From: an uncultured Nitrososphaeraceae archaeon
Lineage (GTDB): Archaea; Thermoproteota; Nitrososphaeria; Nitrososphaerales; Nitrososphaeraceae
Length of the DNA: 64,000 bases
Direction: 5' to 3'
NCBI GenBank assembly: GCA_963765895.1
Contig: CAVXZB010000088.1
Location: 96,001 to 160,000 of the forward strand
Numbering within the stretch: the stretch's first letter is position 1; each line of letters begins with the position of its first letter. This document shows, piece by piece, positions 44,785 to 55,264 of this stretch. The position numbers and the translations under genes were made by a program. The notes under the pieces were generated by a model. That model made no database searches. It was not told the DNA's origin and saw nothing but the letters and a program-made list of their open reading frames with translations.

Positions 44785-45557
44785 CTGTCCAACTCAGTAT
44801 CATCCGTATTGATGGATACGGTCTATGGACATCCACACTGGGCACAGATAGAGAGTCTCAGCTACAGATGCTTCAAGCAAGGATATATTATGATATTCAA
44901 CGACTATTTTCACAAAGGGATTGCATCGCATATAGTAATCGGTTCGACGAATATTTTGCCGTTACTACTTGTCTTTCAGTTCATGGTCATATACCCATCG
45001 ATCTAGAACTTGCAAAGTCATATCCCAACCTGAATATGTCAATGGCGATTGGAAGTGGTGATACACCCTATAAAGCAAACTTGGATGCCTATGAAGTTAG
45101 AAGAAGTGGGATAATACAAGTCGATGGACATAAGATATTTGCCAGAAATTTAAATGATGTACTGGACGCGAATTCAAAAGATAATCATGTGAAGATAATG
45201 CACATAGATATAGATGGATCATCTACGATTAGTAATCAGCTATCGCCTTATGAAGTTACCTCACTTGTCATAAAGATATATTCAAGGTTATCTGACGAAT
45301 TTCTTAAAATTGAATCGTTAACATTTTTTCTTGGAGGAGACAATTTCATGGTAATAACTAATGATGCAACTGATAATGAAATACAGCGAATTATTAATGA
45401 TATCAGCACGGATCTTGGAGTTAAACTAAACTGCGGCATAGGGATAGGCAGGACAGGCAAAGGAGCGGCTGAAGCTTCGACGAGAGCATTGGACACCATT
45501 AGACACATGCGAAAAAGTGGAAAGGTTCAGCCAATCTATGAAATACAATGTCTCTAG
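44781..45557 (+). CDS. gch3: GTP cyclohydrolase IIa/III
   Basis: IDGYGLWT.TLG.DRE..LQ.LQA, RFDE and FFLGGDNFM. Confidence 0.92.
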   Translation: MTVQLSIIRIDGYGLWTSTLGTDRESQLQMLQARIYYDIQRLFSQRDCIAYSNRFDEYFAVTTCLSVHGHIPIDLELAKSYPNLNMSMAIGSGDTPYKANLDAYEVRRSGIIQVDGHKIFARNLNDVLDANSKDNHVKIMHIDIDGSSTISNQLSPYEVTSLVIKIYSRLSDEFLKIESLTFFLGGDNFMVITNDATDNEIQRIINDISTDLGVKLNCGIGIGRTGKGAAEASTRALDTIRHMRKSGKVQPIYEIQCL

Positions 45558-46834
45558 TCATAAAAAATGCGAGCTTATTACTTGGAAAAAACCTAGATCA
45601 TATAGACATTGGGTTTATCGAAGTAGGCAAGAATGGAATAATTAAGAAGGCTAGCGCTGCAAAATATGAGAGTAATGATAATTATAAATTTTTAAACATT
45701 CTAGATGCTGAGGGTTATTTGATAGTACCTGGATTTATTAATGCCCATACTCACATAGGGGATTCTATCGGAAAGGACATGGCAACTGATCGTGGTCTAG
45801 AAGCGGTTCATCCTATGAGAGGAATAAAAAAGAAAATACTTGAAAAAAGCAATTCACAACATTTGAGTACTTTGATGAGGGCATCGGCGATATCCATGAT
45901 GAAGAATGGGATAACAACATTCGTAGATTTCAGGGAAGGTGGTACAGAAGGTGTAGCAATTCTTAGAAATGCAATTTTCGATCTCCCGATAAAGTGTTTA
46001 ATACTTGGAAGAGTAGAATATTATTTTGATATAGATCGGGATGGACAGCATGAAGACAAGAATGTGCAGCCAATAAAAAAAAGCAAACTCCCAGTTAAAG
46101 TGTTAGAGCTAGCAACTAATCTTTTGAATATTAGCCATGGATTCGGGATAAGTGGCGCAAATGAAAATACCGATTTATCATTAAGACAATACAACGAATT
46201 AATAAACAAACTCTCGAAATCAGATGGCCCTAAAAATAGGACCAAAAATATTCAATTAGGAATTCATGCTGCAGAATCTAAAAGCACAGTAGAATTCTCT
46301 TTACGTAGAACTGGTAAGACTGAAGTTTATAGGATAGTTAAACATCTGAAACCTAATTTTGTGGTTCATATGACTCAAGCAACCGATAAAGATATCTCGT
46401 TGATAGCCAAGAATGAAATAGGAATTGTAGTCTGTCCCCGTGCCAATGGAGTCCTAGGTTGCGGGATCCCACGGATTACACATATGTTAAAAAGTGGATG
46501 TAAAGTCGCAATCGGTACTGACAACATAATGATAAATAGTCCTGATATGTTTCGAGAAATGGACTACATTTGGAAGACCTCCAGGTCAAGCGGAATAAAT
46601 TTAGATGCAAAGAATGTGCTGAAAATGGCTACCATCAATGCTTCTGATATACTCCACCTCAATTCAGGGTGCATCGAAGTCGGCAGATCTGCTGATTTCA
46701 TATTTCTTGATAAGACTAGCATAGAATTGTATCCAGTACATGATCCATATGCCTCAATAGTCCACAGAGCAAACCAAAATTCGATCAAAGGTGTCATGAT
46801 CTCTGGCAGATTCGTTGACGGATCGGATCTATAA
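45548..46834 (+). CDS. Metal-dependent amidohydrolase (deaminase-like)
   Basis: PGFINAHTHIGDS, DFREGG, IHAAE, VHMT, CPRAN and IGTDN. Confidence 0.9.
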   Translation: MSLVIKNASLLLGKNLDHIDIGFIEVGKNGIIKKASAAKYESNDNYKFLNILDAEGYLIVPGFINAHTHIGDSIGKDMATDRGLEAVHPMRGIKKKILEKSNSQHLSTLMRASAISMMKNGITTFVDFREGGTEGVAILRNAIFDLPIKCLILGRVEYYFDIDRDGQHEDKNVQPIKKSKLPVKVLELATNLLNISHGFGISGANENTDLSLRQYNELINKLSKSDGPKNRTKNIQLGIHAAESKSTVEFSLRRTGKTEVYRIVKHLKPNFVVHMTQATDKDISLIAKNEIGIVVCPRANGVLGCGIPRITHMLKSGCKVAIGTDNIMINSPDMFREMDYIWKTSRSSGINLDAKNVLKMATINASDILHLNSGCIEVGRSADFIFLDKTSIELYPVHDPYASIVHRANQNSIKGVMISGRFVDGSDL

Positions 46835-46837
46835 AGC

Positions 46838-47491
46838 ATGTATGTGATAATCAATTCGGCCATGACGGTTGACGGTAAAATTGCAACGATAATAGGAAAT
46901 TCTACAGTGTCGTCGATGGAGGACCTACGAAGGGTTCATACGATAAGATCATCAGTAGACGGCATTATGGTAGGTATATCAACTGTTCTTATGGACAATC
47001 CAAGACTCACAGCTAGGCTTGACAAGGTACAGGGAGATAGAGGAGAACCTACCAGGATAATAATAGACAGTACAGCTAGAATACCACTGCAATCAAGGAT
47101 TTTACAATCTGCTTATAAAGTCAGGACCATAATCGCTGTAACGAGAAGAGCGAAAAGTAATAGAATTAAGAAGATACGAAATACTGGCGCAATGGTCATG
47201 ACTGCAGGAACAGAAGACGTCAATCTGAAAATGGTGTTTGCACGATTAAAAGAAATGGGATTCAAAAAAATTCTTGTCGAAGGAGGTGGCGAAATTAATT
47301 GGTCTGTTCTTAGATTGGGTATCGTCAACGAATTGATTGTAACAATAGCACCAAGGATCGTAGGTGGCAGATCAGCTACTACCATCGTTGAAGGATACGG
47401 ATATTCAAAAATGTCCGAGGGAATAAGGATGAAGTTAAAAAAGATTGTCAAACAAGACGGTGGTGAGATAGTCTTGTACTACATGTTATAA
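46838..47491 (+). CDS. arfC: 2,5-diamino-6-(ribosylamino)-4(3H)-pyrimidinone 5'-phosphate reductase (standalone RibD C-terminal domain)
   Basis: AMTVDGKIA, VG..TVL.DNPRLT, RIIIDS and LVEGGG; no deaminase domain. Confidence 0.92.
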   Translation: MYVIINSAMTVDGKIATIIGNSTVSSMEDLRRVHTIRSSVDGIMVGISTVLMDNPRLTARLDKVQGDRGEPTRIIIDSTARIPLQSRILQSAYKVRTIIAVTRRAKSNRIKKIRNTGAMVMTAGTEDVNLKMVFARLKEMGFKKILVEGGGEINWSVLRLGIVNELIVTIAPRIVGGRSATTIVEGYGYSKMSEGIRMKLKKIVKQDGGEIVLYYML

Positions 47492-47618
47492 AACTCATTA
47501 TTATGAAAATTATTAATTACAGTGGTAGTGCTTTATGAATTGGCTGATCAGTACGAGTTTAGCCTTCATACGATTGAGGGGTTTGACTACCTATGTCCAG
47601 AAAATTTAATCATATGGT

Positions 47619-48137
47619 CTATCTCCTTAATGATACATCATTCGATATTTGTTGAATTTTGTATCTTAGAGCTTCTTTAATTTTGCTATTGTCTATCATG
47701 TTCAATGGTTCTTTACAATTGCTACATTTGAAGAAAACTTCCATAGCAGAATCGAACTTTACATAAGGACAATCTTTGTTACCACAGTGATAGAACTCTG
47801 AAGATTCTTCATATTCGAGACGTTTTTGTAATCTATCTAGAATTTTTTTCTTCTGGTTGTCTATAAAATTATCGACCTGATCTCCTTTCGCACGCCATCT
47901 ATATACAAACCAACCTTTCTTCTCATCCTTAACCCGTATACCGGTAATTAGCGCCTTTCCAAACATGTCGTACAAGACTTTCCTTATTACATTAATTCTA
48001 AGGCCTGTAGCTCCTGCAATTTCCTCATCAGTAGCGTCTTCCGTACTTAAGAGAGAGCGTGCAACTTTTAAGTATTCCTCCCCTCCGATTAAGTTAGCAA
48101 TTTTAACAAAAGAATCATCCTGTTCAATATAGCGCAT
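47619..48137 (-). CDS. tfe: Transcription factor E, alpha subunit
   Basis: TDEEIA..TGLRIN..RKVLY, GWFVY.W and zinc ribbon FYHC...C...FKCSNC. Confidence 0.94.
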   Translation of the reverse strand: MRYIEQDDSFVKIANLIGGEEYLKVARSLLSTEDATDEEIAGATGLRINVIRKVLYDMFGKALITGIRVKDEKKGWFVYRWRAKGDQVDNFIDNQKKKILDRLQKRLEYEESSEFYHCGNKDCPYVKFDSAMEVFFKCSNCKEPLNMIDNSKIKEALRYKIQQISNDVSLRR

Positions 48138-48427
48138 CTAATACATAATTCTTTTTTTCAGATATATATTTACCGATAGCAACGTTATTCCCTATGTCTA
48201 TACCGGAATTAGTTCTTCCAGTATCGGCTGAGCAATCTTAAACAAGCTGAAAGAACTTGGTTATATTGTCAAGGCTATCTGAAGCAATGTCACCCCACCC
48301 AATCTTTTAGAATTTCCTAACGGATCATATCGACAAGAGAACCTAGTAAATAATATCAGATTTCTTAAAAATTGAAGGTAAGAACAGTAACTCGAGCTAT
48401 ATGATAGGCAGTCAGCTACAAATTTAG

Positions 48428-49858
48428 TTAGAGGACAGTCATTTTAAAGCCATATTCACCTGAAATGTGGGCATTATTGCTGTGTCTATTCTGATCTCTG
48501 CCGTATCTGCTACCGCCGCTACCATAACTTCGACTACCGCCGCTACCATAACTTCGATTGCCATAGGATCTGTTTGTATTGTTACCATAGCCGCGCCTAT
48601 ACTGATCTCTACCGTATCTACTACCGCCGCTACCATAACTTCGACTGCCATAGGATCTGTTTGTATTGTTACCATAGCCGCGCCTGTATTGAGGTCTACG
48701 ATAAGAATTTTGTTGGGAAACTGGAATTTTGACGCCCATTTCATCGTTGAGTCTTCGGATGGGATGTTCAGTTTGGTTTAAAATCCTAGAAAAGTCATCA
48801 ACTCTATCATGAGAGACCAAGGATATAGCTCTACCGGTTCCTCCCGCCCTAGCAGTTCTCCCTATTCTGTGGAAATATATCAAGGGATCTCCGGGAACGT
48901 CATAGTTGATTACATGACCTACTGCTGGAACATCTATTCCCCTTGACGCTATGTCAGTGGCAACAAGGATATCATCAGTCCCTTTTTTGAATCGATACAT
49001 TGCGTTATCTCTTTGTTTTTGCGAAAGATCTCCATGAATCGTTACTGCGCTAAATCCATTGTGCTTCAATTCGCCGGCAAGTCTATGCGTCCTTTGTTTA
49101 GTCGCAGCAAAAACGATGGTCTGCTTCTTATCTCTATTTCTAATGAAATCACACAAATGTTTGAATTTTTCCTTCTCATCCACAATAAGATATGATTGAT
49201 CTATAGTTTCCAAACTCAGCTCCTCTTCGTTTAGCCTTATTTCCCGAACATCTTTCATATATTCTTGTGCTAGGCGCAAAATTTCTGGCGGCATAGTAGC
49301 AGAGAACAAGCATGTTTGTCTATCTTCGTTAACATAAAAGAGTATGAATTTGATGTCATCGATAAATCCCATATCTAGCATTCTATCAGCTTCATCCAGA
49401 ACAACAAACTTTACGTGGTCTAAGTGAATTGAGCCCCTCTTGACATGATCTATCAATCTTCCAGGGGTTGCTACTACTATTTGTACCCCTTTTCTCAATT
49501 GATCATGCTGTATGCCGATGCTCTGGCCACCATAGACCGATACAGTTCTAACATGAACATATTTTGCGAATTTATTAATCTCATTCGTTACCTGCATTGC
49601 CAATTCCCTAGTTGGGACCAATATCAAAACTTGAATCGGTCCATTGGGTTTTAACTTAGTCAATAATGGCAACGAAAACGCCGCTGTCTTACCTGTGCCT
49701 GTATGTGCCTGTCCGATGACATCTACACCTCTCAAAATATACGGTATAGCTTCTTCTTGGATCGGAAAGGGCATTTTAAATCCATTTTCTTCAAGTGCCT
49801 TTAGTATTTCAGCACTCATTCCTAATTCTTTGAATGTTGGTGTCAACTTTTTATTCAC
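48428..49858 (-). CDS. DEAD-box RNA helicase with repeat-expanded R/G/S/Y-rich C-terminal tail
   Basis: Q motif, AHTGTGKT, PTRELA, TPGR, DEADRM, SAT and HRIGRTAR. Confidence 0.96.
   Translation of the reverse strand: MNKKLTPTFKELGMSAEILKALEENGFKMPFPIQEEAIPYILRGVDVIGQAHTGTGKTAAFSLPLLTKLKPNGPIQVLILVPTRELAMQVTNEINKFAKYVHVRTVSVYGGQSIGIQHDQLRKGVQIVVATPGRLIDHVKRGSIHLDHVKFVVLDEADRMLDMGFIDDIKFILFYVNEDRQTCLFSATMPPEILRLAQEYMKDVREIRLNEEELSLETIDQSYLIVDEKEKFKHLCDFIRNRDKKQTIVFAATKQRTHRLAGELKHNGFSAVTIHGDLSQKQRDNAMYRFKKGTDDILVATDIASRGIDVPAVGHVINYDVPGDPLIYFHRIGRTARAGGTGRAISLVSHDRVDDFSRILNQTEHPIRRLNDEMGVKIPVSQQNSYRRPQYRRGYGNNTNRSYGSRSYGSGGSRYGRDQYRRGYGNNTNRSYGNRSYGSGGSRSYGSGGSRYGRDQNRHSNNAHISGEYGFKMTVL
48491..48688 (-). 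repeat. Nested tandem duplication in the helicase tail: 87-bp unit x2, one copy with an internal 24-bp duplication
   Basis: Units 48602-48688 and 48491-48601 encode YRRGYGNNTNRSYG(S/N)RSYGSGGS(RSYGSGGS)RYGRDQ. Confidence 0.93.
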
Positions 49859-50363
49859 TTTTAATATTACAAAAGTTACGGGAGAAATTAGCTCTTATTT
49901 TAAAATCTACCGTCAACCTCTTGCTTACATGTTGTATTATACACACAGATATAAGGTATGCGATAAAAGATCGAGCTTCATCCTTTTTATTATTTTGACT
50001 GATATTTTTAAAATGTACAGCGCAATAACATCTAAAATACTAAATTTCTAGTGGTTTTTTTAATCTATATTAATGTTTTATTATTTTAATTGGCTTAATT
50101 TTGTGGTAATGACAAGGATTTAATCTGAAACTCCTTCGCCCTATCAGGTGGCAAGGATAAGCTTTATTTTCCTATCGTTCTTTTTCGGTCATATCAATCT
50201 AATATAAAAATAAACTTGATGCAGAGTCTTTGCTTTGAAGTCATGAATCATTCTAGGAATATATGATTCCTATTTGTTATGACAATGCAGTCATGTGCAC
50301 GTGGGTAAGCTACTGTCCAAAACACTAATAGCAACGATTAGTCAACTAATTAATAAATCGGTT

Positions 50364-51200
50364 ATGATTCGAGAAGACAAACTTCAAGAGAAGAAGCTAA
50401 GAGGTTCTGGCGGCTATGCAATAGCGAATGTCACGGATGAAGAACAGAGAAGTGGAAATCTAGGAGGACCAGAATTGTTTCTTGCAGGTGTTGGAAGGTT
50501 GCAAGAGGAGCGTTTCTCTAAATACTATTGCAATAAATGTGAAAAACAATATGATGGACCACCGAAGATTAGCTATGAAAATCCGAATGAGCAGCTTGGC
50601 GAAGGCGTAACCTTAATCGAGAAAGGAGAATACAAATGTGGAGAATGCGATAGTACAATTGCACAATATCGAAAGTTCGGTAATGATTCGACTTCATCAT
50701 CATCTCAAACAGGATCTGAATCGTCAAATCAAGATTCAAGTGACAACTTATCTACTGCTAGGAATGAATCTACTACAATAGGAGCGAAACACAACCGCAA
50801 TAATTCTCCAGACATTCCAACTAGATCATTGATTAGTCAAGGTGAATTCTTTCCTATCCAGTTACTGATTGGGATGCCTGCCTATGATAGTAGTGCAATG
50901 TTAATTGGAAATGTTCAGGAAGTCGGACTTCGAAGATCGCGAAGTGGAAATATAAAAATAAATGTCAAAATCAGCGAAGTTAGTAATGAGAATCCACGTA
51001 ACACCAATATCAATGCCATCGATGTATCTTGGGATGATATTTCAAAAATAGGTGACATTATTCTAGTGAATACTGAAACACAACCGAATCCGACCAACCA
51101 TGGTTCTGGTTCCAGTTCCAGTTCTATAAAGTGCAATTCCTGCGGATACCAGAATAATTTGGGTGCGCTTTATTGCGAGGACTGCGGCTCAAAAATTTAG
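50364..51200 (+). CDS. Zinc-ribbon + PRC-barrel + zinc-ribbon multidomain protein
   Basis: CNKC..CGEC; Ser-rich linker; LIGMPAYDSSAMLIGNVQEV...VSWDDISKIGDIILV (PRC-like); terminal CNSCG.QN..GA.YCEDCG. Confidence 0.8.
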   Translation: MIREDKLQEKKLRGSGGYAIANVTDEEQRSGNLGGPELFLAGVGRLQEERFSKYYCNKCEKQYDGPPKISYENPNEQLGEGVTLIEKGEYKCGECDSTIAQYRKFGNDSTSSSSQTGSESSNQDSSDNLSTARNESTTIGAKHNRNNSPDIPTRSLISQGEFFPIQLLIGMPAYDSSAMLIGNVQEVGLRRSRSGNIKINVKISEVSNENPRNTNINAIDVSWDDISKIGDIILVNTETQPNPTNHGSGSSSSSIKCNSCGYQNNLGALYCEDCGSKI

Positions 51201-52380
51201 GAAGATACAGTTATGATGTAATATTTTCGGTTATGCTAAAATAATGGTCGAGTTATAGTGGACCCCGATCATCGATGGTAATGGTGCGTAAATATTTCCA
51301 GACATAAATTAAATTACGGTTAGTAATTCAATTGGGACTATTTATTTACTAAATTTTTGGATAAGGATATCTTAACATGTTTTCGATTAGGTAACTGTAA
51401 AAACTATATGCGAACTGTAGACACAAGCTGGATTTATGAACTATAGTGTAAACAATTATTGTATAGCACTGGAATGTTAGTGATAGTTCTTTGCATGGTT
51501 GTGCCTATCGACTGGTTCAATCTTCCGTGTTACGTCAACACCTGAGCAATCAGCATTAATCAAATCTTTTATAATAAATTTGAATATTTTAGCTGATCCG
51601 TCACCCTTAATGATTAATGAAAAATCTGACATAGTTTACAAGCTTTGTGGAGAATATAATTAGCAAAAAATGAGAGATGATAACAATTATTGAAATATGG
51701 ATAATTAAATATTCATTCGCAATAAGGATTAATAGGGTAATGATTAATTCCCGCAGATAATAAATAATAGATGAAGAAAATCCTGTTTGAATTCTTTGCT
51801 ACAAACCTGATTCCTTCTACCGCCCACTAGTATACTACCTACATATAAATATTATAAGAAAGATTGAAGCAAATATGAAAATCCTGGCCACATACTTTCT
51901 GTTAATGATAAATGTTTAGGCATTGGCATATGGTTACCGTAATGAGCACTGGTATTTTCTAGTGCTATAGCTGATTAGTTTTATGAGTAGAATTCTGTTT
52001 GAAAAAACGAAAATCGGTGCCGATTAGTATGCTACTAGAAACATGGGTTATCGTGGTTCATATTTATGCATAATTTATTCTATCGGTACTGTATACTCTA
52101 ACTATTTTACATTTATCTTTTAGAGATTCAAACAACAATTACAACTAGGGTATAGAACATATCGTAAATTTTTTTAGAATTCTTAAATATATCTGATCTA
52201 ATACTATAGGTACGTCATCAATCATTACAATAGATATACTGTATTATCTTGGGGACGAGTTAAAGATTGTCATCCTGTGGTAGTAGGCGACATGTGGGAT
52301 TTATGATGTTAGATATCCTCGTTGAGGATACCATTTTTGTCTTCTCTATCCGTAATTTATTATTGAAGGGTCGAAAATAA

Positions 52381-52572
52381 ATGAGTTTTACTTCGATACA
52401 AGCAAGGAAAATATATCTAGGAATAACTAGCTATTCGTGTTCATATTGTGCTTCCCAAAATCATATATCACTACAAAGAATCCCGATTAATAATAGAATT
52501 TGTATCCAGAAAGTAAAGTGTCAGATCTGCAAATTTGAATGGACACAATCCTGGTCGCAGGTACATATTTAG
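52381..52572 (+). CDS. Putative small zinc-ribbon protein
   Basis: CSYC...CQIC..EW; TTTATTA TATA-like element about 25 nt upstream. Confidence 0.5.
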   Translation: MSFTSIQARKIYLGITSYSCSYCASQNHISLQRIPINNRICIQKVKCQICKFEWTQSWSQVHI

Positions 52573-53802
52573 ACTACAAAAGATGGTTGACTATAATTGT
52601 AAAATCTTGTGTTTTAAGGATTCGAATAGTATAGAGCGCCTACCCCTACTTTCTGAATTTCGATTTAACCTGGAATACATATTTACACATTTATGGCTTT
52701 TAGTGCTGATGGTTTGCTATATCTTCGGTAAATCCGTCACTATTTAATTATTATATTATGATATATAGATAGAGCTCATTTCTGGGACACAATTTTGCCG
52801 CAGTGATCGAGTAATGCAAGATACCCAACAAAATTAGAATAGCTAAAAAGCTTTTCATAAATCTATCACTTATCGTCAGATATTTGATGTCATCTTCTAG
52901 ATCGTTAGTTTATTTACAAAAAAATGTTCTCTTAAGTCCTGGTGGTAGGTTAAAGTTGAGTCTCATAACAGTAGTAGTTACAATAATCTAATTATGGAGA
53001 TTTCAGATTTTATTAAGAATTTTAATACTAACAGTGGTGCTCTCCTTAGTTAATGCCGCAACCCGCTGACAATCTCTAGTAAATTTATCATAACTCCTAT
53101 ATTTGTGGCCAAGTTGAGTCCAAAGTGTTTGTTCCAAATTAAATATAAATTTATTAAATATCATATCTCGAACTATCAAATAATCTCAGTGATCTCATAA
53201 TTAAGTTAGCATCTTTCATTGCGATTAAAATGTAAAAGTAAATGTAATGCTTAATACGGCATTATTCCAGCCTTGGCTCTATTTATTTGCGATTTGTGTA
53301 TGTCAAAAGAAAGATTTTTCATTTTCTATTGTGTTCCAATTCATATTCCACTTTACATTGATCTGAGCAAAACTTGTCGTCTGAATTTCCTTCATTCCCT
53401 ATTTGGTCACCACAATTTACGCAATTCATTTTTACTCTATGTATATAATACATATGTTACTAAATCTTTCTGCCTTTTCACAAAGAAACGATCCTAAAAA
53501 GACTGTTTCGAGAGCATATAATGTCTAGATTAACTATAACACAAAACAAGGAATTATCATTCAGATCTATGACCTACACTAGCGTGGAAAGTCATCTATA
53601 TCCCAGAATAATAGTGTGAACAAAAAAAAGATTTATAGAGTCTGTAAAACAGATATAATATACATTACGTTGGCAAAAAGAACGTACCTAAATGCTTAAG
53701 GCAATCTAAGGTCAACTAAAGATCCAGTCTTGCTTCTGAAGGGTTCATTATAGCGGACAATTATATTTTTATAACTAGAGTTTAAATAATATGTAGGTGA
53801 CT

Positions 53803-54211
53803 GTGGTTATCTAACTACATAATAGCTTACGATGCTGATTGTGTGCCTTGTTCTAGATTCAAACACATAGTCGATCTTCTTGATGTATATCAAATTATAG
53901 ATTTCATATCACTGAAAGAGGCAGACAAAAGTGGACTGCTTGACCAGGTCCCCCAGTCCATAAGGTTCAAGTCTTTTCATCTGTTAAATCCTAGCGGAGA
54001 TATAAAAAGTGGACCAGACGCTCTTATTAATTTGATAGCGATACTGCCTTTTGGATACGGGATTTCAAAGCTCATTATGTCAGTCCCTACGGGACAACAG
54101 ATGCTCGAATATCTCTATTTGAAATTTTCGAGATTACACGATAAAGGCTCATGTCATTTTGAGACAAAACATACTAGAAATAGCCCAAAAAATTGCAAAG
54201 ATAGAATATAA
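53803..54211 (+). CDS. DCC1-like thiol-disulfide oxidoreductase (DUF393 family)
   Basis: In-frame YIIAYDADCVPC (DxxCxxC) upstream of the tracked start; SFHL..SGPDA; GGTGA SD; start GTG 53803 needs one indel. Confidence 0.8.
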
Positions 54212-55264
54212 GGAATACTACATCCATTAAGATGAGACAGTGCGTAATACAGTTGTAGGCAAAATCGCCCGTAAATCTAGATTAGTATTGAATAATTAAG
54301 ACATCAAGATACGTTAAGAATAATTATAATAATTAATGTCATTAAGTGTAGTATGTCTGATACAGTACTGCAGATATTGCTCTCAATCCTCACCAGTATT
54401 ACTTTGGCGTTCTAATTAGCAGTGATACGTCTTTCGAATGACTGTGTCGATTTAGAAAAATTAACCTGATGTAGAAACGCATTTCCTCTTAGCACTAATT
54501 TAATTTGCACTCATTCACGATAAATATTCTCAACTTCATTTATCTTAGACGAAAGTCCCTTCCGTGTCTGATGCAATTTACTCAGACATTTTCGAATTAT
54601 TTCAATATGAAATACATGGATAGACTAGTAGCACCAATGATGGTAATGGACGTTAGTCCAGCTACAGCTATTCATCATTTTCACAGGGATAACATACTTG
54701 TTTCACTTAAAGAATAGGTGTATTCTTTCATTATAGCCGTTATGTCAACCGATATGCTAGATAGCCAGTCCTGTGTCCTCCAGTGGAATATGTCATGATT
54801 CTTATTTGATAGATCTGTCACATTTCGGCTATTGATAAATAATATATTCTGTCATTCTAACACTTGTCTCTATATAGTTGAGTCTATCAATTTACAAGTT
54901 TGCTAAGAATGTTTATAGAAGTGATCGTTAGTGAAGTCGTGCGTTCACCTTGGTGTCACATCTCTCTCATAAATTGAATATAGGCATAAGATCCTTATTT
55001 TAAAACTAAGGCGGCAGACGATCCCCAAATAGGGATTTGTTATAGTTGAGCGTATAATTTGCCTTAATCTAATTGCATACAGACCGCACATATGAAAGCT
55101 TGATTACTTTTCTTTAATATCTTAGATTACAATGAGACTTTTGTGGTCATGAACAGCTCCTCTAATTTGTCAAGTAAAGGTATTGCAAATAACCCTGGGG
55201 GTATCATGCTGATGTTAGATAGAGAAAATGAGCGATAGTTGTAGTAATCATATATTAGATTACT

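Noticed and set aside
48439-48781. Repetitive ORFs in alternative frames (VMVAAV.., ATAATITST..)
   Set aside because: Shadow frames of the helicase tail repeat.
51200-53800. 2.6-kb nearly non-coding stretch as a possible array, origin or ncRNA locus
   Set aside because: I could not see repeats, ORB-like boxes, a cdc6 gene or GC-rich structure; it resembles decayed AT-rich DNA.
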